Of a stretch of 61,207 bases of DNA, positions 1 to 11,582 are shown piece by piece (the first letter of the stretch is position 1; each line of letters begins with the position of its first letter). This DNA comes from Phoronis australis (Eukaryota > Animalia > Phoronida). A model generated the notes under the pieces. It saw only the letters and a program-made list of their open reading frames with translations. It was not told where the DNA came from and searched no databases. Location: contig NMRA01000321.1 in NCBI GenBank assembly GCA_002633005.1, forward strand, positions 119,775 through 180,981. The letters are read 5' to 3'. The translations under genes were made by a program, and so were the position numbers.

Positions 1-314
1 CCCCCCCCCTTTCACCCCCGTCCCAACACTAAAACTGCACACATTTAAATCCTTTTTCATCCGTATAATTTTAATTACCGGGATTAATTAATAAACTCAA
101 CATTTCCCCACGCTCTTACTGTTTTACTTTTTTTGCGGTAGCCAAGGGGGGCCCCCCTAAATCCGCCTATGTAGTCGAGCCTGTTTCCTCTCAGTCTCAT
201 GGCTCTCATAGTATCACCACGATCTGGATCAGCAACTGGATCCTATACCGTATCAGTATATGGGTCAACATCCATACCTGGAATGTCTCGATTTTTAAAT
301 AGTCCAGAGCCTTT

Positions 315-552
315 CATGTGCGTACCCAGGGGGGCACCCATTTGGTGAAGTGGGCAAAAAGGTGCACCACAGAGAAACAGAAAGTCCTAAAAAAAGACAA
401 AGTCCACTAAAAAGGCGCAGCCGCACAGGTCACAGTTCTGAAGGTGGTGCCCCATTTTTTCCTTTTTTTAGTCTTTCCGCCTTTTTTGTTAGCAAAAGGT
501 ACACAATGTCAGAAATTGAAGCCCCCCACATTAAAGGCTGGGTGCGCGCATG
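315..552. mobile_element. MITE with 15-bp imperfect TIRs and 5-bp TSD (hAT5-like)
   Basis: Begins CATGTGCGTACCCAG and ends CTGGGTGCGCGCATG. CCTTT lies on both sides (310-314, 553-557). The internal segment CATTTGGTGAAGTGGGCAAAAAGGT recurs at ~54067-54155. Confidence 0.75.
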
Positions 553-1479
553 CCTTTAGTGGCAGACAACCGGTCTGTTTCTATAATAGTGTGTTGAATG
601 TGCTCATAGTTTTTGTAACAGAAGATAGAGACTAATACTGGCTGGCAAAATTACTCTCCCTGAAAATACACATTGTCAAAGTAAAGGGTTGTGAACGGCT
701 TGCAGTTTTTTTACAGGATACATGTACATGTAGATGTTGGGTCAGCCAAAGAAACTCCTTACAAATTAGTACCATAAGCTAAATTTCGATTGGCTGGTGA
801 CATGAGAAGTGTACCAAAATCTTCCAATAGTATCAATCTTAAGTATGAAATGCACAGGCGACACCCAATAAGGATGAAATATAGTGACCAAACTTGTTCC
901 AAAATTGGTGGGCAGAGGAAACAAATTAATCCTTTAAAACGGAGGGGTTCTTTGACTTGAATTGTCAAGTTCGTGACAAACATAAGGCAAAGAGTCAAAT
1001 TCTGTCTATACCTTTCCTGAAAACGAATTGGACTGAAGTAAAGTCAATCAGACACTCTGAAAATAAATCACATCCAGTCCGATGGCTGATGCTTAACAAA
1101 ATCTCTGAGTACATTTGACGCATAAAGGGACACTTTTAAGTCAGTTTGTGATGTCTTCAGTTGCTTCTAGCTCAAACAAATGCTCCCTTAATCAACTTTT
1201 TTCGAACAATGTATCTTCCTTTGCCCTAATCGGCAATTGCTCACACCAGAGGGTATGACATCGTATCCCCTGGTGCGAGCAGTGTTAAGCAATGGCCAAA
1301 AAGAACAAGGAACCCCACCATTCATTACTCGAGATCAAGAAACACTCGAGGGTATATTGGGGTTGGCCAATCCTAATATTTGAAAATGGTGAATGTTGGC
1401 ATTGGTAACTCATTCAGAAGCCATTCAAGAGTGGATGAGCATGATGATGTTTTAAGCTTTGCTGTTTTATTTTTCACAG

Positions 1480-1562
1480 GTCCACTGAAGCCTGAATTTA
1501 CCATCAGATATTTGGCAGTGTCATTTATTTTCTTTAGCAGTGGATTGTCTCTTAATACCGAG
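1480..1562 (+). CDS. SLC10A7: SLC10A7 internal exon (GPLKPEFTIRYLAVSFIFFSSGLSLNTE)
   Basis: ttttcacag acceptor and GTGCGT donor; 83 bp; peptide matches the N-terminal region of sodium/bile acid cotransporter 7. Confidence 0.92.
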
Positions 1563-2054
1563 GTGCGTGTGACAGGTAACCCATTACTTACGTGCTCTAT
1601 AGTTCTTTATACATTCGGTAGCTGAAGTAAGTTGCTACTTTGTCTCACTTCCTCTGACAAGGCCACATTTGCATTTTGGTCTCCGTGTTCATTGCAAAGT
1701 GCCTCTGGGTTGCCAGTCATCAATTCGTGGCCACAGTAAGATTAAAATCCGGACGATCGCCACACAAGTGAAGAAGTTCGTGATAAATCAACGAAACGTT
1801 GATTTATCATGAACTTCACTCATTTTAGCCCCCTCATCGCCAAGAACTTCCGGTTTGATGAAATCTTATGGCCACGTTAGTGGCACCACCCAACCATAAA
1901 GTGAATTACTGTATGGCGTGAGGTGAGGGTCCTAAGGTATGTCCCTACAGATGTAAGACTGCAACAGTACACATTGCCTTCCTGTAATCAGTGAGAGGAA
2001 AACTAGCTGTGTTCTGATCACTTGTCATGTACACACAATCTAGGATAACTTTGT

Positions 2055-2600
2055 TGTTGTTATTGGTTGAGATGACGCTATCATCCTGTTTTTGGATAGA
2101 ATCGAGGTATTTTGCGCCACCTGGTGGCGATTTTTGCTGTTTTCAAATCTTGTTTTTGGTGTCTACCCCTTGATCAACCAAATCATTCTGGGGATGGTTT
2201 TGAAAATTGGCCTACATGTTTTCAGTGTGAAGAGGACGTTTGATGATGGCGACTGACTACTGTGGCGCCTCCTAGTGGTAGTTTTGTTTTGTTTTTCGCC
2301 CATAACTGTATCTCCAAAACCCTCTGCAGGATCTTTATTAAATTTAGTAAATGAATTTACGTGAAGATGACTTGTCCGGCGGATCAAACGGATGCTGTGC
2401 CCACATAAGTGGCAATTTCATTTTGTTCTGTTTTTCTTCGTTTCTCTGAAGTTCCTTGATAGATTTTTTGAAATATGGCATGATCCCGTTTTTGGATGGA
2501 GTGTACGTTTTTGCGCCATCTAGTGGCCATTTTTATGATACAAATAAATAACCCTAAAAGCACACCATTTGCGATGCATTCATGGGCGCATTTCATATTT
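2055..2600. repeat. Interspersed repeat with degenerate internal units carrying GCGCCNYCTRGTGG motifs (possibly Helentron-derived)
   Basis: Three related motifs at 2114, 2265 and 2513; TTTTTGGAT...TTTTGCGCCA is repeated near 2089 and 2489. Boundaries are approximate. Confidence 0.4.
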
Positions 2601-2836
2601 TTTTTTGTCATGAGAGTGGAATAGGGCCAATATTTGGCTCTAATTTTGAGGGATGGAGGGCCCTGTGCTGCATGGAATTGGTGGTTTTGGCTTCATTTAG
2701 AATACGGTGTGGAACTGGTATTGTCAAGCTGTGTTTTATTATATTTTTTGTGAATCCATACTTAATAGGACTCTGTTAATCAAAATACCCAGCCTAATGT
2801 TACTACTGTATCCTCAGCTGGCTATTTTTGTTGCAG

Positions 2837-2976
2837 GAGTTGAAGAATGCTGTGTTCCATGTTAGGATGCACATCTTTATTCAGGGCTTTACCTTACTCT
2901 TCCTGCCATTCTTTGTCTCCGTTCTCGTTCACAGTGGGCTTCACCTGACATCGGTTGACCCTTGGATTTTGAACGG
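2837..2976 (+). CDS. SLC10A7: SLC10A7 exon (ELKNAVFHVRMHIFIQGFTLLFLPFF...DPWILNG)
   Basis: ttgcag acceptor and GTGAG donor; 140 bp; phase-compatible with neighbours. Not in the ORF track; translated by hand. Confidence 0.92.
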
Positions 2977-3515
2977 GTGAGTTGTATTTGATTATTGTTG
3001 AAAATATATTTACATTGAAATAACATAAAATACCTGTAATCATGTACATCAAGCTTCTCGCATCATTCATCGATTCATCTTCAGGTACGAATCGGGGTGA
3101 GACGAAGAATTATCCATCCGAAATCCAAATAAGTTGTGTGACGTTTTCAAATTTCCATCATTAGGGCATTCTCCTGTTTAGTGACTTTACCAGATATAGA
3201 GGGTTGTGAGGGTGTGATAGCATCTAGCTCCTTTGTTTACTGCCCAGCAGTCTTTTGTCTGGTATGACAACATGAAGGCCAATTATCTACCAGCTTATTA
3301 CTGACAACATGTGAACAGTCAAACCCAGTGTGAATTGGTACATTTGGAAAGAATACTTTGTTGTAACTTCGGCTGTAGTTGAGCAATTTTGGTGATTCAA
3401 AAACTTAACATGATCAGCATTTGACAAGGAATTCAGAAATGCTGTTGGTTTATGTTCAAATATGTTGACTTAATTTTTTTGTCAGCGAGCTCAGTCAGAC
3501 TAGATGCCATCTTAA

Positions 3516-4476
3516 ATAGTACACACCATGGATTTTTGCACATTTTGAATTACCGGTGGCCACAGACTAAATGTATGACGTAAAATTTAGCTAAACCCAT
3601 GTTTATTTTGTGTAATTAGCTCGAAATTTTGATTTCTTTTTCAATTTTGCCAATTGTCACATTTGCCGCCATGTGATGTCATGGGTTGAACACAAGAGAT
3701 CAGTGACTAGCATTGAACAAATGCGGAGAGCAGGGAATTTGAAAGCGACGACGATTATGAGCAAGAATTGAACAAATACTATGAAGAAACGTACGGGAAT
3801 GGTGTGTAGGATGAGGAAATGAGGTTGCACGAAAGCGAGAACAAGTTTAATGTGCTTTTGGCTACATACTTTTCTACTTTGAGCCTTACGAACTGGATCC
3901 TCCCGCGAGAGAAGCGGCCTCGGGCTCAGCGAGTCAACCCATTCATCACAGACGATCCTGAATTAAGAGCCAATGTTTCTGAATGATACATAATGTCCTT
4001 TATTGAACCAGGCCTTCATTGTAACGTCTCCTGTGACTGGAGTTGAAACACGAGTCCTCAAAGTGGGCAGAACACAGAGTGGCCCCGGACCGAATCGCTT
4101 GGTCTTTGATGACGTCCCACACTCTCGTTCGACGCACGAAGCGATGCCACTTCTGCACAACTTTGGTGTCCTGCGGAACACCGAGACGTTCTCCGCTTGG
4201 CTGCTGTTGCTGCAGCCTCCGGAAACACATCTTTTGATCCCTCTACGAACCTTCTCGACGCTAAAATGTACTTTGCTTTCTCTTCACTCTATACACTTTG
4301 TCTCTGATCCGAACAGTACGGCGAACGACTTGGGTTCAACCTATGACGTTGTACATAATTATTATTTTTTCAATTTTTGTGTGTTTCGTTATGAGCTGTG
4401 CACTAAAGGCACTGAAATCAAGTAAGATATAATAATAAAATTTATTTTGAGGTACTAGAGTCATGTTGTGTACACT
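3516..4476 (-). mobile_element. Internally deleted Kolobok-like DNA transposon, copy 1 (THAP remnant on -, acidic second ORF start on +)
   Basis: TTAA at 3512-3515 and 4477-4480. TIRs ATAGTACACACCATG / CATGTTGTGTACACT. THAP motif RCVSGGCSNS...KWHRFV...LCSAHFEDSCF. A closely related inverted copy lies at 22579-23518. Confidence 0.85.
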
Positions 4477-4721
4477 TTAAGTGCTAGAATGGGGTTAATC
4501 ACTGATATTGGCTACAACGGTCATCCTCCCAACTTGTTGTTGGGCTATACAATCGAGCAAGTTGGGCTCAACGGGAAAACGTCGTAATGTATTAGGTTTT
4601 TGAAAAAAACAGCATTATTTTAAAAATTTTTATTGCATTTGGCTCAGAATACTTGATGGTGCTCCTGATAACCTGAAATTGCATTCATACAGGCATACTT
4701 AAAAATAACACTGTTTTCCAG

Positions 4722-4836
4722 CCTGCAGGTTGTGAGTTGCATGCCACCACCAGTATCTAGTGCTGTTATTCTTACAAAGGCAGTCGGTGGCAATGAAGCA
4801 GCTGCTATCTTCAACTCGGCATTGGGCAGTTTCCTG
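4722..4836 (+). CDS. SLC10A7: SLC10A7 exon ([38 protein letters not shown])
   Basis: ttccag acceptor and GTAAC donor; contains the highly conserved [27 protein letters not shown] signature. Confidence 0.97.
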
Positions 4837-5771
4837 GTAACTATGCTTATGCATCTGCCATTACAAATTCTTTGTGTACGGGTGACTGTGATGCAATTGT
4901 ATACAATTACCTATCGATGTCAGGACATATGGAATGAGGGAGAGCAATATTGCATGAGGTCAGAGGTCGAAGGTGATATTACCTGCAAGCTTCATGTGAT
5001 CTGATAAACCAGAGAGATGTTTTTATATTTGCTAATTACTACACAACCACCGATGCGTTTTGTCTCTTGCTAGATTATCTTTTTACCTGCTTTGATGCAC
5101 TGACATTGTCTGCTTAATGTGTGTAGGTTTCTAGAACTGTAAATAGTGAGGGCTCTTCCAGCAAAATCCGTATGGGAGGGGTGGCAACGGCAATTGTAAT
5201 AGATATCTATGGGTGGTTGCATTCTGAAGGAAATGAAAATCATGGGTGGTCTTTCTTGAAAGAAAGTGAGTGATGGTTTTTGTCCTGTAATTGTTGACAG
5301 GGTATTTTCACCCTCTGAAAGAGTTCCCAACTCACATAAAATTCACTTTACATACCCAAAAATATCTTAAGTCAACAAAACAAGTCCATTCTGCTAGTGT
5401 ACACTGTGCAATATGTTCAATGTGCCATTGCTCAAGTCATGGGCAACTTGATTGCAGGCAAATGTACAGCCACATTAGAGTGAAAATTACTGCAACACTA
5501 AACTGGTGTTAACACATCTAAGAAAATCTGATGTTTTATAAGAAGTATGACGATTCAGATAGGCAAGTTCCCATATTCATTTGGTGTAGCAGACTAAAAG
5601 CATTCGTGAAAACACAGATTGATTCGTAAATTTTTGTATTTGAAAACATCTTATTGAAATTACAGACATGTGGTGGATAGAGACACCTGGTGGCTGCCTA
5701 AAGTATTTATCACAGTTGTCTTTGAAAAGCATGTTTCTGGTAACTGACTTGAGTTGTGATATCACATGGAA

Positions 5772-6490
5772 TTTTTCTGCACTCACAAAACTTGTGATCG
5801 CATATAGTCGGCATCCCGTCCATCCATCTCTGTCTGTCTTTATTATTTCCTGTCTGTCAATTATCTCTTGAACCGCTTCGCGGATGATGTTGAAATTTGG
5901 TATAGAGATTTTTGGTGGGGATGTGCCAGCACCAGACCATTTTCGGACAGATTTGGCTACCGTGGCCATTTTAGTTTTCGACAAGCCATTCCTCTTACAT
6001 TGATTATCTCAAAAATTGCTCGACGGATCACGATGAAATTCATTACAGGAGAATGCAACGGATTCAATTACTGTGGCACCCCCCTCCCTTAGTTTTCAAC
6101 TGCTGAAGTCGTTCCTTCTCCGCCGATTTTCTTGAAACCACTTAAGGGATCATCATGATATCTGGCACAGAGATAGATGGCGGTGATGTGCTGGCACCAG
6201 TTGATTTTCGAACAGATTTGGCTACCATAACATCCCCTGTTGGCCATTTTAGTTTTTGGTAAGACAGGTTGTTTATCTCAAAAACCATTAGGTACAACTG
6301 GATGAAATTTGACACAAAGACATATGGCACGGATAGATGTGCTGACAGCTGTCGATTTTCATTTTGATTTCAACACCCTCTTGGCCGCTTTAGTTTTTGA
6401 CAACATTCCACGAGACAGCTAGTTCTGGTCTCTCGATCACCTAGTGAGTACGTAACAGATCATGACCTGTGTCCTAGAGGCAATTTGTTT
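5772..6490. mobile_element. Probable Helentron-associated non-autonomous element (HINE/DINE-like)
   Basis: T-run start followed by a (CCAT/CTGT)n microsatellite near 5815-5840. Degenerate internal tandem units (TGGCCATTTTAGTTTT near 5963, 6241, 6382; ACAGATTTGGCTACC twice). Boundaries are approximate. Confidence 0.5.
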
Positions 6491-7813
6491 ACATGTGTTG
6501 CTGGAATTTTGAGCTATGAGCGCCCCTAGTATCTGTCATTGATTTATAATGCACATGAAAAGTGCATAGTTCTACCAACATTCTTGTTTATTAATCGCTG
6601 TTCACTGGAAAGTATTATTCCTTGCCTGGGAGGGTCTAGAGCTGATGTTGTATCTGCTGGACTTTTATTGGCTAATGAAACTCTGAAGACCAAAAATATC
6701 TAAAAGGACTAAAACATGTACATTTAATTTATCATATATAATTAAAAAATTTTATGTTTCAGCGTAATTAAAAATTGTGAGTGGTGGGTTGGAGAAATAA
6801 AACAAAAATATGGGCGGTGGGGGAAAAATGAAAGTGGCTCCCCTCTCCCACATATTTTTACTAGAACAGCCCCAAGTTAGATAAATGCACTTTTTATAGC
6901 CTCTGTCACAATGACATTCAAAGTTGGTATTTTAAAATATTGACCATTAGTCAGGAATTAAAATATCCATGTCAATACCGTTACAAGTGTTGTGCAGTTG
7001 TTTGTATACTCTGTGTTTTTAATTATTACCTACTACTTAGAGTTACCCTGTGGTATTACTTAAAAGTTTACCTCAGTCTGTGGTATTGCATACTGCTGCC
7101 TCTGTGGTGTTTTTAACATGTTTTGTTTTAATGGCACTGAAATACCCTCTCAGCAACTAGGTGAAGATGGGAACAACCGACTCGTTTATAGTGCTGCTAA
7201 TCTCCATGATAGCTAGTAGCAGCATATGTTTATAAAAAAATGATGGATTTAATAGCTTGATAGGTTTTGCCCTCGCCTGTAACTGACTTTGTCTGTGTAT
7301 CATGAGCTGAAAATTCTTTAGGCTCTACATATCAGTTGGTGTAAGCCTACTCTCAATAGGCAACTAGTGTTGCGAACTTAAACACAAAACAGATCAATTG
7401 TGTCTTTTTTATAATTTTCTTTCAAACATTTTTCACACGATACGCAACATGCGTGGCCAATTTGTGACAACTGGCTCACCACAGGTTGTCATTGTTAGTC
7501 GAGTCTACTGTTACTCTCCTGTAACTGACTATGTCTGTGCATCAGTTTATTGTTGGGCCTAGCAAGGTGGTCACTGTTTTTGCTTCTGAGGATGGCCAAA
7601 ACATGGCATGTCGATTCAAATTCATCGTTATTTTTTTTCAACATGTTGTGCTAATGAAGAGCATTAAACTGAGCTCATTTGATGACTGAAGTCGTTTATA
7701 TTGTCCAGTTATGTTACTGTACTTACTACTGAGATTTTTCATATTAAGTCGCTGAGAACTTTACCCTTGACATGCATAATAGAGTTAAAATTGTCTATAC
7801 GTTTGTTTTGCAG

Positions 7814-7849
7814 GGTATTTTTATGACTCCGCTGTTGCTGCTATATTTT
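7814..7849 (+). CDS. SLC10A7: SLC10A7 36-bp exon (GIFMTPLLLLYF)
   Basis: ttttgcag acceptor and GTAAGT donor; matches the conserved GI..TPLLLL.F segment. Confidence 0.93.
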
Positions 7850-7997
7850 GTAAGTATGCTCAAAGTCTTTTTTCTCATCAACTTTAACTGATGTAAAAAT
7901 TTATGATTTTCTGAAATGCTTGCTGTTATACTTGGTCCACGTTCGTCCAGGTTGTGACTCAAACTTGGTAATGAGTGGTGCATGTTGCTACTTCCAG

Positions 7998-8146
7998 TTT
8001 GGGTCTCACTCCTCAGTGCCTGTCAGCAGAGTTGCCCTCCAACTGTCCTTGACGGTAGTGTTCCCACTGTTGCTGGGACAGCTGGTGCGATCTCTGGCCA
8101 GAACTTGGTTAACACGCTCAAAAATTCCGTTTGGAACAATTAGCAG
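7998..8146 (+). CDS. SLC10A7: SLC10A7 exon (FGSHSSVPVSRVALQLSLTVVFPLLLGQLVR...KIPFGTIS)
   Basis: cttccag acceptor and GTAC donor; 149 bp; phase-compatible. Confidence 0.93.
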
Positions 8147-8961
8147 GTACAAATGTTATTTAGTGATAGTAACCACTATCTGTAGTTGATAATTCTTAAA
8201 GGAAAATATTGTCAACTGTGCGTATTTCACATGCTCCAAGTACTATACTGGTTCTTCATACTCAATGTTTATAAGATCGGAATTAGCAATTCTTCAAGTC
8301 AGAAGTGTGATATGAGCATGTCACACAATTGTTGTACCAAATCTCGGGCTGAATTGCTGTTGTACAGTAAAGCCCACTCTAAATTTCAGCCAGTTAGGCA
8401 AGCCGTAGGGTAATTTCTCCCATATATTTTCCAACTATTTTGTGTTGCTTTTAAGCATTATTTGATATCATAACGTATTCTTTCAGTAATTGATTAATGC
8501 GACGATAAAGAGTTTTCTCTTACCCCTGTGCACGCATGTCGTTTAAAGTAGTTGGTGTGGCTGTAAGAGTACTAGAAAAATGCCAGCAGTTTTGGGGTAA
8601 CTCAAACTGCCAGAAGAACATGACATGCTGTGTTTTTGTTTAGTTATTTCTCATTTATCCATTGCTGTCTATTGGTGTCTACTGCTAGTCTAATTAATCC
8701 AAAGGTCTGCAGGTTCAAACTAATTCAAGCGAGTGGATTGTTTGCACACAGCAAGTATCTTACCTAATTTCCACCCTGAACATGTGGGGTTTGGTCTTTC
8801 GCTCTCTTTCCAAAGGTAACAAATAAAAGCAAATGACCCTTTTCATGGAAACCCTTGAACTGTCATCATGGTGGTTACCGTCCTTTGCATATCCATGGCA
8901 TTACTGCATTGTTGATGCCTAAACTGTATTTAGCTCATTGGTCACTTAGTTGTTTTTTCAG

Positions 8962-9062
8962 TTGCATTCTACTGCTGATCATCTACTCTACATTCTGTGA
9001 TACATTCGCAAGCAGTCACATGCCAATTGATAAGTCTAGTCTCCTTTTAATTGTAGTTATTG
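8962..9062 (+). CDS. SLC10A7: SLC10A7 exon (CILLLIIYSTFCDTFASSHMPIDKSSLLLIVVI)
   Basis: tttttcag acceptor and GTAAGT donor; conserved IIY.TFCDTF motif. Confidence 0.95.
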
Positions 9063-10483
9063 GTAAGTACTCTTTTGCCGCGCTTCCTTCTTAAAGTGCT
9101 GTATGACATAGCAACAGTGTGCCAATTTTTCACACCTTTTTACCGTATTTTGCACTTCCATGTAAATTCAGTTGTATTTCTGCAAAACATTTCTGAATGT
9201 AACAAAAGATTTTCCTGCGCTTTCCAATTGTGTCACCTAAGAGAAAATTAGTGTAGAGAGTAAAGTTGACATACAAGCGATAAAAGACAACTCACTGGGG
9301 TCACCAAAGTGAGTACCCACGATCAACACCTGGCAACCTCACATTTCCAAAAGCTCACCAGTCCTCTAGAAGTCTTGGTGAATTCCAGTCGCGTAGTAAT
9401 TCAATTAAATTGATTATAGGAATTTTCAGTATGATTTAATGTAAATTTCTGATCTATATTTGCTAATTATTATAAAAATGGAACCTTGCTAGTCTGCGTC
9501 CTTTGCAACTTCAACTCATTCAAAAAACAAGAATTAGAGCATGCAGTGCAAGCTGTTTGCGCGCCAGACTTGATTGGAATTCAGTGTAATGAGTAAAGCG
9601 TAAATACTTGTTTATTTATCAGAAATTGTGATGGTGTGGATGGTAGGTACAATGTTAATGGTGGTATACTGATGCTATTAAACTGCGGACATTTGGTTAG
9701 CCTCTTGGTGCACAGTTATTGAGTATTAGGTTGAAACATCTGTCGAGCCCCAAAGTATTAGTTATCAGGGAATTCTAACAAGCCATACTGAGCACATTTT
9801 TGTGAAAAGCATTTCCAGGTAGCCTTTTTTTCACAAAAAAGTGCCCATGGTTTGTGAAGTTTGGCCATTTTATCGTAAGACCTAGCAAAAATAGGATTTC
9901 TGTCAAATACGTTACTTTGTTTTTCAATATGATTCGGTAGGTCAAGCATACCAATTCAAAAGAGAATGACTACCATATGTTGAGTAAACCTTAGATTGTA
10001 AAACGGAATGAAATTTTATGTTTCATTGTTTTGCTATTGCTGTAAAACACGATTCCTGTACAAAAATTATGTGTTTTGTGTCACCTAACCACAGGAGAAT
10101 CCCTTCTTGATGTCTTGAGTGAGGTGAAATTTTATCTCGCATGGTGACGGGAAAACACTGTTGCACTGGAGTTGAGCTGGAAATACCTTCATTGAATTTT
10201 GTCAGTTATTTGTATGTCATTAAACATTTAGAATCACCTGTCAACCTAACATGGCCGGCTTGTGTAAGTTACAAGTCCTTTCAAGAACCACAAGATAAAT
10301 GAAAAGTTATGGGAATGGGTCAACAAATCAAGTCGCGTTTTGTTCTAGGAAAAATACTCTTGGGCACTTTTTGTTAAAGGATGCTTGATTGGAAGTCCCC
10401 GATATTTATTTCCATTATTTGTCTGGCGGGTTATATGTAACGCGGGTCATGAGTTTGTGATGGTTCAGTATTGCTTTTTTCAG

Positions 10484-10609
10484 TGGCTCTACTTCAGTTG
10501 TTTCTCTTGTGGCTAGTATATTTTCTATCCACATTGGAGAGACTTGGTTTTTCACCATCTGATACCGTTACTATGATGTTCTGCTCCACCCACAAGTCAC
10601 TTACTCTGG
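10484..10609 (+). CDS. SLC10A7: SLC10A7 exon (VALLQLFLLWLVYFLST...GFSPSDTVTMMFCSTHKSLTLG)
   Basis: ttttttcag acceptor and GTAAGT donor; conserved FCSTHKSLTLG motif; translated by hand. Confidence 0.96.
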
Positions 10610-11431
10610 GTAAGTTGTAACATATTTGGGTTGTACATTTTCAAATTGTGATCAATTAAGTGCTGTGAGATTTGTTTGGCGAAAGTTTTTTTAGCACACG
10701 AAAAAAAGTTTAGTTTTACGACTCTTTCATCTTAAGGCGTAGTTTTATGATTTTAAGGTTTGTTGCACAGAAAATGCTGACAGAGGTTTAGATCATAATT
10801 ATTAACTGAATTTTGAAATAACCGCGCCGTATTGAAATTTACTTACCGGCTAGACTGCGATCAAGTGTTTGGTAAACTGGCGTTCAATGCCACCTACAGA
10901 TCTCAAGCAACACTGTCAAGAGTTTTCAGCTTGCTGGTGTAAACAGTGTTAAATACCTGTTGTGATATTTTATGCCGGCAAATTTCTTCTGCTGTGCGGT
11001 GTCTTGTGGAAAAGGAAATCCTTTTGATGTATAAATAGATGAACAAGGTCATCATGTTCCTACATTTCCGCGGCGAAGAAGTATCTGCGAACAAAACCAG
11101 TGGCTGCGGCTAATATTGCGTCAGAATTTCGATCCAAGCTGGTGTCACAAAGCTAAAGTAAATTAGCTAGTAATCGAACAACGGCAAGCGCAGACAGTGG
11201 AATTTATTCCTCTGCTTTTAAATTAATCAAACACTATGTAGTAACTGAATTCGTGTCCACCAAATCTGAGTTTGGACCAATCGAATGTCACGTCCGTGCT
11301 CTCACTGCTCTAGAGAACGTCAATACCGAATATCCTCTTACTCCAGGCTTTAGAAAAGTTTAAATTGAGAAAGATTCAGATGAAGTCTGATTATGAGATT
11401 ACAAGAATCTGTTGTAATTTGTATCTTGCAG

Positions 11432-11582
11432 GCATTCCTATGCTGAAGATAATTTTTGCTGGATATGAGCATTTATCTATCATATCTATTCCCCTACTGG
11501 TTTATCACCCCACTCAGATAGTGGTAGGTGGACTTCTGGTCAGTGCCTTGAAAAGATGGATGGTAGACACTGAACAAATGAG
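11432..11582 (+). CDS. SLC10A7: SLC10A7 exon ([33 protein letters not shown]...KRWMV)
   Basis: cttgcag acceptor; conserved GIPMLKI.F.G..HLS.IS.PLL.YHP.QI. The 3' end is uncertain: donor AG/GTTTG at 11583, or read-through to TGA at 11616. Confidence 0.92.

Noticed and set aside
4003-4425. 140-aa ORF, with a homologue at 22661-23059, as a conserved novel gene
   Set aside because: It is antisense to the THAP remnant; the similarity only reflects two copies of one transposon, and the frames differ between copies.
8680-8730. tRNA or tRNA-derived SINE (GGTTCAAAC B-box-like)
   Set aside because: No cloverleaf or convincing A box.
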